From contig CAVHZK010000141.1 in NCBI GenBank assembly GCA_963640215.1, forward strand, positions 1-35,687: a stretch of DNA of 35,687 nt. Direction: 5' to 3'. The translations under genes and the position numbers were made by a program. This DNA is from a bacterium (GTDB lineage: Bacteria; Bacillota; Clostridia; Lachnospirales; Lachnospiraceae). This document shows, piece by piece, positions 8,370-18,444 of this stretch (the first letter of the stretch is position 1; each line of letters begins with the position of its first letter). The notes beneath the pieces were generated by a model. It had not been told where the DNA came from, searched no databases, and saw only the letters and a program-made list of their open reading frames with translations.

Positions 8370-9962
8370 GTGAAGGAGTATATAGATAAACATAGACAGG
8401 AACTTGGCATAATCATAGCGGCGGCAGTGCTGCTTATCGCAGTAGCTGCAATAGCAGCAAGATGCAGTCATACAGGGAGCACGGACGCAGAGGAGGAGAC
8501 CATAGCATCCATCACCTCACTTACAGAGGAGGAGCTCTACGAGATGCGTAGGCAGGAGACCTTGGACGATCTGACCGCTGAGTACGCAGACTTCGGTATC
8601 ACAGAGGTGGACGGATATATCAATATGCGTTCGAAGCCGGACAGCGTGGACATGACCAATATCATAGGTAAGCTTAATGACGGAGCAGCCTGTGACGTTA
8701 TCGAGACCGACGGCGACTGGCTGCTCATTAAGTCCGGCGGCATACAGGGCTACGTCAAGGCCTCGTATATACTTAAAGGTGAGGAGGCGTTTGAGAAGGC
8801 GTGGAACAATATCCGCGACAGAGTCATTATAGATACAGAGGTGCTCAACATCAGATCTGCTCCAGAGATAGATCCTGCCAATGTAGCAGGCAAGGCACGC
8901 AGCGGGGAGCGCTATGAGCTCATATCTCAGGATGGCGACTGGGCCAAGATTAAGTTCGATGCATACGACGGTTCGACAAGTGAGGGATATGTCAATATCG
9001 CTGACGGCAATGCCGAGATAAGGAGCTGTCTTGACGCAGCGCGTAAGCTCGATCTGCGTACCATGGCTCTCACGCAGTATGACAATATAGTAGTATCCAA
9101 TCCGGACGGCGGCTTCATCAATATACGCAAGGAGCCGGAGGACAAGGGCATAGACAATATCTGCGGCAAGTTCACTAAGGGCGCCGGAGCAGAGCTCTTG
9201 GATACAGTGAGCAATTCAGCGGGAACGTGGTACAAGATAAAATCAGGTTCCGTGACGGGATATGTCAGAGCTGATTACTGCCTCACAGGACAGGCTGCCA
9301 AGGATACGGCAGTCAATTATGCAGTGCTTACTGCATTTATAAGAGTGGATTCGTTAAATGTGCGCAGTGAGCCCAACTTAGACGGCAAGGTGTGGACAAA
9401 CGTCACCAAGAATCAGGCATATTCCGTTATCGGCCAGACCGACGGATGGGTAGAGCTTGAATTAGATAATTCCGACGGCGAGGATGCCAACGACCGCGCA
9501 TTTGTATCGACCAGAGATAATAATGTCGAGGTCAGATACGGATTGCCGGAGGCAACAGAGTACTACCCGGCTGTAGAGGCAGCCAATGCTGCTGCGGCGT
9601 TCAGAAACTCGATAGTCAACTACGCCTGCCAGTTCGTGGGCAACCCCTATGTATGGGGAGGAACCTCTCTCACCAACGGAGCGGACTGCTCGGGCTTTAC
9701 TCAGAGTGTTATGAAGCATTTCGGCATATCACTGCCGAGAGTAAGCCGTGATCAGGCCAAGGTAGGCACCAAGGTGACCTCGGACAATATGAAGCCGGGC
9801 GACCTTATATTCTACGCCAATAGCAGCGGCACCATTAACCATGTAGGTATCTACATAGGCAACGGACAGGTGGTAAATGCCGCTTCACGCAAGAGCGGAA
9901 TCAAGATAGCAAGATGGAATTACCGCACACCGGTTGCAATCAGAAATGTTATAGGCTCGTAA
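8370..9962 (+). CDS. Membrane-anchored peptidoglycan endopeptidase: four bacterial SH3 domains plus a C-terminal NlpC/P60 (C40) domain
   Basis: GTG start directly abuts the PBP stop, with GGAGG 7 nt upstream. N-terminal TM helix. Four repeats of the type GYxNxRSxP...W.KIK..G..GYV. NlpC/P60 catalytic Cys (GADCSGF) and His (INHVGIYIG). Confidence 0.9.
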   Translation: MKEYIDKHRQELGIIIAAAVLLIAVAAIAARCSHTGSTDAEEETIASITSLTEEELYEMRRQETLDDLTAEYADFGITEVDGYINMRSKPDSVDMTNIIGKLNDGAACDVIETDGDWLLIKSGGIQGYVKASYILKGEEAFEKAWNNIRDRVIIDTEVLNIRSAPEIDPANVAGKARSGERYELISQDGDWAKIKFDAYDGSTSEGYVNIADGNAEIRSCLDAARKLDLRTMALTQYDNIVVSNPDGGFINIRKEPEDKGIDNICGKFTKGAGAELLDTVSNSAGTWYKIKSGSVTGYVRADYCLTGQAAKDTAVNYAVLTAFIRVDSLNVRSEPNLDGKVWTNVTKNQAYSVIGQTDGWVELELDNSDGEDANDRAFVSTRDNNVEVRYGLPEATEYYPAVEAANAAAAFRNSIVNYACQFVGNPYVWGGTSLTNGADCSGFTQSVMKHFGISLPRVSRDQAKVGTKVTSDNMKPGDLIFYANSSGTINHVGIYIGNGQVVNAASRKSGIKIARWNYRTPVAIRNVIGS

Positions 9963-9971
9963 GGAGGAGCT

Positions 9972-12900
9972 TTGGCAACTAAGAAGACCACAACGAAAAA
10001 GCAGACAGCTAAGTCAGCAAAGAACGGCAGCACAGCCAAGAAGACCGACACAGCGAAGAAGCCTGCCAAGGAGAATAAGCGCACCATAGCCAAGAAGAAG
10101 AGCTTTCTCCAGTCTGAGATAAAGGTAATCGCAGCGCTGGTGCTGGGCGGCTTCATGCTGCTCACGGACTTCGGACTGATGGGAGCAGCTGGAGAGCTGC
10201 TGCTTAAGGTGCAGCGCGGTCTGTTCGGACAGGGCTATATACTGTTTGGACTGAGCATAGTAGCCGCTGCCGCCGTGGCTGTGAGATATAAGGACACATA
10301 CTTCCTTAGGCTAAAGGTGGTATGTGTATTTGGCTTGCTCATAGCTGGCACGGCGCTTATACATGTCATGTTCAGTCCGGACAGAAATGCTGTGAGTACA
10401 GTAGCGCTTAGCGAGCTGTACACAGAGGCAAGCAACGGCATGTCAGGCGGCGGACTCATAGGCGGCGGTATAGCCAATCTCTTAAAGAGTTTCATAGGAT
10501 ATGCCGGAGCCTACTTAGTGCTGGTTGCCTCCATAGTGGCGCTCTTAGTCATCATCACGGAGAAGAGCTTTGTAAATGTAGCTAAGGCGGGCGCCACCAA
10601 GACCGCAGAGGCCGTCATAAACGGCGCAGGCAAGACCGTTGAGGCGGCGAAGCACGGTCAGGCAAGATATCGTGAGATACACAGGGAAAATGTCATCAGG
10701 CGTGATGCCAAGAGAGAGGAGCGCAGACTCCGCAAGCTTGAGGCAGGCTTCCCCGGATATGCGTCCGATGACGGACAGGGCTTAGACGCAGGCAGGCTTA
10801 ATTTGGATGCTGCAGAGAGCGGTATGCCTGCGGACATAGATATATCCGATATGCGTAAGGAGGCAGAGCGGGCAGAGGTATATGCAAGCTACGGCAGAGA
10901 TATAATCGGAGACGGTCAGCCAGGAGTAGAGAGCTTGGGTACGGTTAAGCAGCCCTTATTTGCCTCAGGATATACCAACAGACGCAGCACCGAGGGCATG
11001 AGCTTTGATACGGCGGTTATCGAGGGAGACTTTGAGTCGGATTCTGAGTATATCAAGACAGAGTCAGTCAAGGTCAGAGAGATAGATTACGATTCTGATG
11101 AGATACCCTTTGAGGAGACCGAGGAGGACAGATATAAGTCCTACGCTCATATACTTGAGAGCGGCGAGGTCAGCATGGAGGTCGCAAGACGCGCAGGCTA
11201 TGCCGTGCACGCCGAGGGAAGGACTACCGAGGACAGCGCACTGAGCACAGCCGCAAACGCCGGATATGCGCCGCAGCACATGGAAGCCTTCAGGACAGAT
11301 ACCGATGCGGATATAGACACCAATATAGACGCGGGAACGGAGAGAGTTACAGGTATAGACCATCACGGAGACGTTGCTGATATAATCAACATAAGCACAG
11401 GAGAAACAGCAGACAGAGAGGACTATACAGAACATGCTGGCGATTTTGTTACAGAGAGTAAAAATAGCCAAGATGATGAACATGACTATACAGGCAATGC
11501 TGCAGAAAGTGATATCGGCGCGGATAACGCAGATTCAGCTTACTATACCACGGCAAGCGGCAAGGAGCTGAAATCGCCTGACAGCTATGAGGCGGACAGT
11601 ATACTGCGCGACAAGGGCTTTACGTCGGCATCTGAGCTGAACGCTCAAGTCACTCACGGCAACATAGGCACATATACCTCCAATGGTCCGTCACTTGATG
11701 CGACGGATAAATTGGGAGGCAGCGTATTAGATACAGGACTCGCGGCAGCTAAGGGCGTAAGTGCGGCGCAGCAGGCTGCGCCTAAGCCCAAGCCCAGACC
11801 CAGACCCTACGTATATCCGAGAGTCAATCTCCTTGAGAAAGGCGCCAAGGCGGATCGCGGAGGCTATGAGAAGCTCCGCCAAAATGCTGCCAAGCTCCAG
11901 AAGGTATTGAGGGACTTCGGGGTAGGCGTGACAGTTACCAATATCACTGTGGGCCCGCGAGTATCGCGCTATGAGCTTACTCCCGATGCCGGCGTCAAGG
12001 TATCACGTATAACCTCACTCACGGGTGATATTAAGCTTGCTTTGGCAGCCAGAGAGATACGTATAGAGGCGCCCATACCCGGCAAATCAGCCGTAGGCGT
12101 AGAGGTGCCTAACGAGACCAGCTCAACTGTCAAGTTCAGGGATATATTGGAGTCTGAGGAGTTCAAGAACGCCAAGTCGCGACTGTGCTGGGGAGTAGGA
12201 CTCGATATAGGCGGCAATACCATTATCAGTGATATATCCAAGATGCCGCACATACTTGTTGCCGGTACTACGGGCTCCGGTAAATCCGTAGGCATAAACT
12301 CGCTCATCATGTCCATACTCTACCGCGCGACGCCGCAGGAAGTAAGGATGATACTTGTAGACCCCAAGCAGGTGGAGTTCACGGTATATAACGGCATACC
12401 GCATCTACTTACAGACGTGGTGACAAGCCCGGAGAGAGCACTAAGCGCGCTCAATTGGGCTGTTGCTGAGATGAACCGTCGTTACAAGCTCTTTCAGGAG
12501 TCAGGCACCCGCAATATAAAGGGCTACAACGAGAAGGTCGAGAAGGTTGCCGATACTCTGCCGGAGGAATCAGCACCAGAGAAGCTGCCGTTTATACTCA
12601 TTATCATTGACGAGCTCTCAGAGCTCATGATGCACGCCAAGAAGGACGTGGAGTCCTGCATAGTGAGCCTTGCACAGCTTGCGAGAGCGGCAGGCATACA
12701 CTTGGTTGTGGCTACACAGAGACCATCTGTGGATGTGGTGACCGGACTCATCAAGTCCAATATACCGAGTCGTGTGGCATTCAAGCTTCCGTCGGTGACG
12801 GACTCGAGGACCATACTTGACTCAGGCGGAGCAGAGTCATTGCTCGGAAACGGTGACATGCTCTATAAGCCGGGCGACAAGAGCAATCCCATACGTGTAC

Positions 12901-13277
12901 AGGGCGCATTCCTTAGCGATGATGAGGTTGAAAATGTAGTCAGCTTCATCAAGAAGCACAACCCCAAGGAGTCTGAGCATGAGGTAGATACTGCGATAGC
13001 GCAGCAGATGGAGCTTAATTTCTCCGGGCAGCCTCAGGACAAGGGCAATGAAGACTCATTAGATGAGTATTTCGCAGATGCAGGCAGACTCATCATTATG
13101 AGCGGCAAGGCATCCATAGGCGGTTTGCAGCGTAAGTTCAAGATAGGCTTTAACCGCGCTGCACGCATCATGGATCAGCTGTGTGAGGCAGGTGTCGTCG
13201 GAGACGGCGAAGGCACCAAGGAACGCCGTATACTCATGAGTATCGAGGAGTTCGAGCAGCTGCTTGTAACGAGGTAG
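9972..13277 (+). CDS. ftsK: DNA translocase FtsK/SpoIIIE
   Basis: TTG start with AAGGAGG at 9961-9967. N-terminal TM helices, then a very long acidic linker. Motor domain with Walker A GTTGSGKS and Walker B ILIIIDELSE. C-terminal gamma winged-helix (LQRKFKIGFNRAARIMDQLCEAGVVG). Confidence 0.92.
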   Translation: MATKKTTTKKQTAKSAKNGSTAKKTDTAKKPAKENKRTIAKKKSFLQSEIKVIAALVLGGFMLLTDFGLMGAAGELLLKVQRGLFGQGYILFGLSIVAAAAVAVRYKDTYFLRLKVVCVFGLLIAGTALIHVMFSPDRNAVSTVALSELYTEASNGMSGGGLIGGGIANLLKSFIGYAGAYLVLVASIVALLVIITEKSFVNVAKAGATKTAEAVINGAGKTVEAAKHGQARYREIHRENVIRRDAKREERRLRKLEAGFPGYASDDGQGLDAGRLNLDAAESGMPADIDISDMRKEAERAEVYASYGRDIIGDGQPGVESLGTVKQPLFASGYTNRRSTEGMSFDTAVIEGDFESDSEYIKTESVKVREIDYDSDEIPFEETEEDRYKSYAHILESGEVSMEVARRAGYAVHAEGRTTEDSALSTAANAGYAPQHMEAFRTDTDADIDTNIDAGTERVTGIDHHGDVADIINISTGETADREDYTEHAGDFVTESKNSQDDEHDYTGNAAESDIGADNADSAYYTTASGKELKSPDSYEADSILRDKGFTSASELNAQVTHGNIGTYTSNGPSLDATDKLGGSVLDTGLAAAKGVSAAQQAAPKPKPRPRPYVYPRVNLLEKGAKADRGGYEKLRQNAAKLQKVLRDFGVGVTVTNITVGPRVSRYELTPDAGVKVSRITSLTGDIKLALAAREIRIEAPIPGKSAVGVEVPNETSSTVKFRDILESEEFKNAKSRLCWGVGLDIGGNTIISDISKMPHILVAGTTGSGKSVGINSLIMSILYRATPQEVRMILVDPKQVEFTVYNGIPHLLTDVVTSPERALSALNWAVAEMNRRYKLFQESGTRNIKGYNEKVEKVADTLPEESAPEKLPFILIIIDELSELMMHAKKDVESCIVSLAQLARAAGIHLVVATQRPSVDVVTGLIKSNIPSRVAFKLPSVTDSRTILDSGGAESLLGNGDMLYKPGDKSNPIRVQGAFLSDDEVENVVSFIKKHNPKESEHEVDTAIAQQMELNFSGQPQDKGNEDSLDEYFADAGRLIIMSGKASIGGLQRKFKIGFNRAARIMDQLCEAGVVGDGEGTKERRILMSIEEFEQLLVTR

Positions 13278-13347
13278 CTTAATCAGTAAAGGCGCACGTG
13301 CGTTTATCAGACTATATCGAGAGAGACAAGGGAGTAATGCAGATCAA

Positions 13348-14853
13348 ATGGCTATATTAAGAGATTGGCTAAAAGGCGCAGAATATAAGATACTTAGCGG
13401 CACGGATACCTGCGAGGTCAGTGACGTCGTATTTGATTCGAGGAAGGCAGCAGCGGGCACGGTCTTTCTCTGTATGAAGGGAAGCCGCGTTGACTCGCAT
13501 GATTTCATACCTGATGTTTTATCCAAGGGCTGCAAGAGCTTGGTTGTAGAGAAGCCTCTCAACGAGCTTAACATATCGGCCAAGACACTTGAAAACATAA
13601 ACATCATATATACCGACAATGCGCGCAAGCTGCTTGCATACCTGTCAGCTGCGCGCTTTGGTCATCCTGCCGACAGGCTTAAGCTCATAGGCCTTACCGG
13701 CACCAAGGGCAAGACGACCTGCTCATATATGCTGAAGGCCATATTTGACAGCTGCGGCATCAAGGCTGGAGTCATAGGTACCAATGGCGTAGTCATAGGG
13801 GACGAGCATACGGAGCTTGCCAATACCACTCCCGACAGCTACGAGCTTAATTCATACTTTGCCAAGATGCTCGAGGCGGGCTGTGAGTATGCTGTCATGG
13901 AATGCTCATCGCAGGGCTTCAAGATGAACAGGACAGATGCGCTGCAATTTGAGTGTGGTGTATTCTTAGACATCAGTCCGGACCATATAGGACCCTTAGA
14001 GCACAAGGATTTTGCCGAATACCTCTATTGCAAGTCAAGGCTCTTTACTCAGTGTGACACTGCTGTGGTAAATGCGGACGATGAGCATACAGACGAGCTG
14101 TTGAAGCTTGCTGATTTTAAGGGCAGGCAGTACCGTTTCTCGCTGAGTAACAGTGACTGCGATATATATGCGCGAGAGCTTATATTCGAGAACTCGGCTG
14201 CATTTGCAGGCACTATATTTAAGACCGGAGGCAAGCTCAACGAGACCTTTAAGTTAGGCATACCGGGAGATTATAATGTCAGCAATGCCTTGGCGGCTAT
14301 AACTGTGGCATACAGCCTTGGACTGCCTATGGATAGGGTCAGAGAGGCAATAGAGCGTGTAAGGGTTACAGGCAGGTCAGAGGTAGTATTTAAGTCCGAC
14401 AGATTTACGGTATTGGTAGATTATGCGCATAATGAGGTCGCCATGGTCAATCTCATGGATACGCTTAAGCATTACGAGCCGAGCAGACTCACTGTCGTAT
14501 TCGGCTGCGGCGGCAATCGCTCTAAGGACAGGCGAGTGGGTATGGGCTCTACGGCGGCGCATTGCGCGGACATGAGTATATTTACCGCGGATAACTCAAG
14601 GTTCGAGAAGACTGAGGACATTATAGCTGACATAGAGCACGCATATCTTGAGGCGGGAGGAAGCCGGGAGGCTTACGTCAGGATACCCGACCGTCGAGAG
14701 GCTATCAGGTATGCTATGGAGCACGCAGTGGACGGTGAGATTATCGCGGTCATAGGCAAGGGCCATGAGGATTATCAGGAGGAAAATGGTGTAAGACGCC
14801 ATTTCCTTGATCGTGAAGAGATACTTAAGATAAAGGATGAATTAGGCTTATGA
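13348..14853 (+). CDS. murE: UDP-N-acetylmuramoyl-L-alanyl-D-glutamate--2,6-diaminopimelate ligase (MurE); substrate assignment tentative
   Basis: Mur ligase P-loop GLTGTKGKTT, VDYAHNE and GCGGNRSKDRR. C-terminal specificity motif reads DNSR where DAP-type enzymes have DNPR. Confidence 0.9.
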   Translation: MAILRDWLKGAEYKILSGTDTCEVSDVVFDSRKAAAGTVFLCMKGSRVDSHDFIPDVLSKGCKSLVVEKPLNELNISAKTLENINIIYTDNARKLLAYLSAARFGHPADRLKLIGLTGTKGKTTCSYMLKAIFDSCGIKAGVIGTNGVVIGDEHTELANTTPDSYELNSYFAKMLEAGCEYAVMECSSQGFKMNRTDALQFECGVFLDISPDHIGPLEHKDFAEYLYCKSRLFTQCDTAVVNADDEHTDELLKLADFKGRQYRFSLSNSDCDIYARELIFENSAAFAGTIFKTGGKLNETFKLGIPGDYNVSNALAAITVAYSLGLPMDRVREAIERVRVTGRSEVVFKSDRFTVLVDYAHNEVAMVNLMDTLKHYEPSRLTVVFGCGGNRSKDRRVGMGSTAAHCADMSIFTADNSRFEKTEDIIADIEHAYLEAGGSREAYVRIPDRREAIRYAMEHAVDGEIIAVIGKGHEDYQEENGVRRHFLDREEILKIKDELGL

Positions 14854-16397
14854 GGCTGAGAGCAGCAGAAATAGCTAAGGCAGTAGGCGGCGTAATTATC
14901 GCAGGCAGCGAGGAAACGATAGCTGCAGACATATCCACAGATTCCAACAAGATGAAAGAAAACGACCTCTTTGTGCCCATCATAGGCGCAAGGACGGACG
15001 CGCACAGATATATATTGGGAGCGGCAGCTCACGGTGCCGTTGCAGCGTTTTCCGCTTATGACTTAGATAAGCTAGCAGAGCTTGCCGGGATGAGCACAGA
15101 GGAGTATGTGTGTGCATTAGATGAGGCAAATGGTAGTAGCGAAGGCAAAGCACCGCACTTTACCATCATCAAGGTAGATGATACCTTGGCTGCCTTGCAG
15201 GCTCTCGGAGCCTATTACAGGCGGGAGTATGTACACCTGCCCTATGTAGGTATAACAGGCTCAGTGGGCAAGACCACGAGCCGAGAGATGACAGCCTGCG
15301 CTCTGTCGGCATCATACAAGGTCTATTCGACCAAGGGCAATGCCAATTCACAGACGGGTGTACCGATAACGGTAGCAGAGACAGCCGAGGATGCCAAGAT
15401 AGGTGTCATTGAGATGGGTATGTCTGAGTTTGGTGAGATGAGCCGCCTGTCCAAGGTAGTACAATGCGATACAGCCGTATTTACAGTGATAGGCGTAAGC
15501 CATATTGCTAACTTAGGAAGCCGCGACAATATCCTGCGCGAGAAGCTCCATATACTTGACTGCATACACGAGGGCGGCACGCTCATACTTAACGGTGACG
15601 ACGATATGCTTAGCCGCGAGGATTTAAGCGATTTCTTCCCCGAGGGCACTGATAATAAGCACATAAGGATAGTGTATTACGGCACCGGCGACAATGCTAT
15701 AGTCCGTGCAACAGACATAAGCGAGGAGGATAGCCGCTATAGCTATATGCTCACTATCGGTGGTGAGCCTGTGACGAGAGTGGAGCTAAGTGTTGCCGGC
15801 GAGCACATGCTGCTTAATTCACTGGCAGCTCTCGCCTGTGCCTATGTGCATGGAGCCGATATGGAGAGGGCGGCACAGAACCTGAGAGATTTCACAAGTC
15901 TTGACGGCAGGGGACGCATATACGAGAGCCGAGGCATCAAGGTTATAAATGACGCATATAATGCAGCGCCGCAGTCCGTTAAGGCGGGGCTCAAGGTGCT
16001 CGATAATATCAAGACAGAGGGCAGGCGCATAGCCGTGCTTGCCGACATGCTTGAGTTAGGGGAGCATGAGGCAGACTACCACAGCGAGGTCGGAGCCTAT
16101 ATATCCTCAGACACTCCCAATATAGATATAGTCATGCTCTATGGCAAGCTATCAAAGTATACGGCGGAGGGTATCAAGCAGGGCTTCTGCGAGGAGCCGG
16201 GGCGCCACATGCCGTGGATATATCATTTTGACAGTATGGAGGAGCTTAAAGGAGAGCTCAAGAAAGAGCTCTACGCAGGAGATGCGGTATTATTTAAGGG
16301 CTCCAATTCGATGAAGTTAGGCGAGCTTGTAAGAGAGCTCTGTCCGGCAGATGAGGCGCCGGATGATGGTAAGGCAGGCAGCGTGGACAGAACATGA
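14850..16397 (+). CDS. murF: UDP-N-acetylmuramoyl-tripeptide--D-alanyl-D-alanine ligase (MurF)
   Basis: ATGA overlap with the murE stop. P-loop GITGSVGKTT, NDAYNAAPQS motif, and the Mur ligase middle and C-terminal domain pattern. Confidence 0.9.
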   Translation: MRLRAAEIAKAVGGVIIAGSEETIAADISTDSNKMKENDLFVPIIGARTDAHRYILGAAAHGAVAAFSAYDLDKLAELAGMSTEEYVCALDEANGSSEGKAPHFTIIKVDDTLAALQALGAYYRREYVHLPYVGITGSVGKTTSREMTACALSASYKVYSTKGNANSQTGVPITVAETAEDAKIGVIEMGMSEFGEMSRLSKVVQCDTAVFTVIGVSHIANLGSRDNILREKLHILDCIHEGGTLILNGDDDMLSREDLSDFFPEGTDNKHIRIVYYGTGDNAIVRATDISEEDSRYSYMLTIGGEPVTRVELSVAGEHMLLNSLAALACAYVHGADMERAAQNLRDFTSLDGRGRIYESRGIKVINDAYNAAPQSVKAGLKVLDNIKTEGRRIAVLADMLELGEHEADYHSEVGAYISSDTPNIDIVMLYGKLSKYTAEGIKQGFCEEPGRHMPWIYHFDSMEELKGELKKELYAGDAVLFKGSNSMKLGELVRELCPADEAPDDGKAGSVDRT

Positions 16398-18436
16398 TAT
16401 ATGCCGAGCTTATAATCGATATTTCTGCGGAGCAGGTGGACAGAACCTTTACCTATGCCGTGCCGAGTGAGCTTGAGGGCAGAGTCAGACCGGGTGTGCG
16501 TGTGCAGGTACCATTTGGCAATTCAGGCAGATTGAGAACCGGAGTCATAATCAGCCTAACTAAGGATACTGACTATGACGAGAGCCGTCTTAAGTCTATA
16601 GCTTCGATAGTAGAGGGCGCACAGGATACCGAGGGCGAGCTCATAACGCTTGCGGCGTTCATGGCAGAGGAATACGGCTGTACCATGAATCAGGCGCTTA
16701 TGACAGTGCTGCCGGTGAAGGCAAGCGTGCGAAGGAGCAACAGGCGTAAGGATGCGGTGGAAGCTATCAGAGAGATAGCAGGAAATGAGCAGAGTCTCGC
16801 GGCACCGGTATTAAATGAGGCACAGACTCAGGTTGCTGATGAGATAGCATCAGAGCACGACAGACCCTCACTGCTCTATGGCATAACCGGCAGCGGTAAG
16901 ACAAGAGTATACATAGAGCTCATACGCCGCATGAGGGAGGCACACAGGCAGACCATAGTCCTGATACCCGAGATATCACTTACCTTTCAGACTGTAAATG
17001 AGCTTGCAGATTATTTCGGTGACAGTATAGCTGTCATGCACTCAAGACTCAGTGCCGGAGAGCGCTACGATCAGTTCGAGAAGGCGCAAAACGGTGAGAT
17101 AGATATCATGGTAGGACCGCGCTCAGCGCTCTTTACACCATTTAAGCATTTAGGACTCATCATCATAGATGAGGAGCATGAGAGGAGCTATCAGTCTGAG
17201 ACCTCACCGCGCTATGATGCGAGAGCAGTGGCAGAAAAGAGAGCTGAGCTTGCGGGCGCCAAGCTGCTCTTGGGATCTGCGACTCCGTCCATAGAGTCTT
17301 ATACCAAGGCGCTTAAAGGCACTTATGCTCTGCATAAGCTCTTGAAGAGAGCACATCCCAATGCACAGCTCCCCAAGATAAGTGTCGTAGATATGCGCCA
17401 CGAGCTTGCAGAGGGCAACAGGAGCATATTCTCCGTCAAGCTTAAGGAACTTATAGACGACAGGCTGAGTAAGAAGGAGCAGGTCATGCTCTTTATCAAC
17501 CGCAGGGGCTATGCCAATTTTGTATCATGCCGTAGCTGCGGCACAGTTATCAAATGCCCGCACTGTGATGTCTCACTCACGGCACATAACGACTGGTACA
17601 AGGACCCGCGCACAGGCAGTCACAAGGCGGCATTGCTGTCCTGTCACTACTGCGGTTACACTGCACCCATGCCGAGCCTCTGCCCGGTATGCAACAGTAA
17701 ATACATAGCGCCCTTTGGCACGGGCACACAGAAGCTTGAATCCGCCTGCCGCAATACCTTTCCCACGGCCAGGATACTCAGGATGGATGCAGACACCACA
17801 TCGACCAAGCACGCGCATGAGCGCATACTGGCTGAGTTCAAGGCACACAAGGCGGACATACTTATAGGCACCCAGATGATAGTAAAGGGACATGATTTCG
17901 AGAAGGTTACCTTGGTGGGCATCGTCGCCGCAGATATGTCGCTCAATACCTCCGAATACGATGCCTCGGAGCGGAGCTACCAGCTAATGACTCAGGCAGC
18001 AGGCAGAAGTGGCAGAGGAGGAACACAGGGTGAGGCTGTTATACAGTCCTATGACCCGTCACATTATGCGATAAGCTGCGCCGCAAAGCGTGACTATGAG
18101 AGCTTCTATGAGAGGGAAATGAGCTATCGCAGACTCTTAAACTACCCTCCGGAGACGCTTATGCTCTTCGTGAGGCTGCGCTCCGAGGATGAGGAGGCAT
18201 TAAACCTTGCAGCAGAGCGTGTCGTGAGTGTAGCTATGGAGCACGAGTCAGAGGGCGCCGAGGTCATAGGACCTTGCAGCGAGAGTATATACAAAGTTAA
18301 GGATAATTACAGAAAGATTATATATATTAAGCATAAGCAGCATGATATAATCACAAAGATACGCGAGGATATTATGTCTCACGCTCAGGCTACAGCCGGC
18401 AATGCGAGAGTATATATCAATTTTGACATAAGGTGA
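16394..18436 (+). CDS. priA: Primosomal replication-restart helicase PriA
   Basis: ATGA overlap with the murF stop. Walker A GITGSGKT and DEEH box (IIDEEHE). Cys-rich zinc region CRSCG...CPHCD...CHYCG...CPVCNS. Confidence 0.92.
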   Translation: MIYAELIIDISAEQVDRTFTYAVPSELEGRVRPGVRVQVPFGNSGRLRTGVIISLTKDTDYDESRLKSIASIVEGAQDTEGELITLAAFMAEEYGCTMNQALMTVLPVKASVRRSNRRKDAVEAIREIAGNEQSLAAPVLNEAQTQVADEIASEHDRPSLLYGITGSGKTRVYIELIRRMREAHRQTIVLIPEISLTFQTVNELADYFGDSIAVMHSRLSAGERYDQFEKAQNGEIDIMVGPRSALFTPFKHLGLIIIDEEHERSYQSETSPRYDARAVAEKRAELAGAKLLLGSATPSIESYTKALKGTYALHKLLKRAHPNAQLPKISVVDMRHELAEGNRSIFSVKLKELIDDRLSKKEQVMLFINRRGYANFVSCRSCGTVIKCPHCDVSLTAHNDWYKDPRTGSHKAALLSCHYCGYTAPMPSLCPVCNSKYIAPFGTGTQKLESACRNTFPTARILRMDADTTSTKHAHERILAEFKAHKADILIGTQMIVKGHDFEKVTLVGIVAADMSLNTSEYDASERSYQLMTQAAGRSGRGGTQGEAVIQSYDPSHYAISCAAKRDYESFYEREMSYRRLLNYPPETLMLFVRLRSEDEEALNLAAERVVSVAMEHESEGAEVIGPCSESIYKVKDNYRKIIYIKHKQHDIITKIREDIMSHAQATAGNARVYINFDIR

Positions 18437-18444
18437 TACATCAC

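Noticed and set aside
14352-14378. AGCGTGTAAG followed by GGTTACAGGCAGG inside murE, resembling a condensed version of the conserved box plus the hairpin 3' arm
   Set aside because: It lies in frame inside a well-conserved coding region (IERVRVTGR) and lacks the rest of the box and the hairpin 5' arm. A single 10-mer match in 35 kb can arise by chance.
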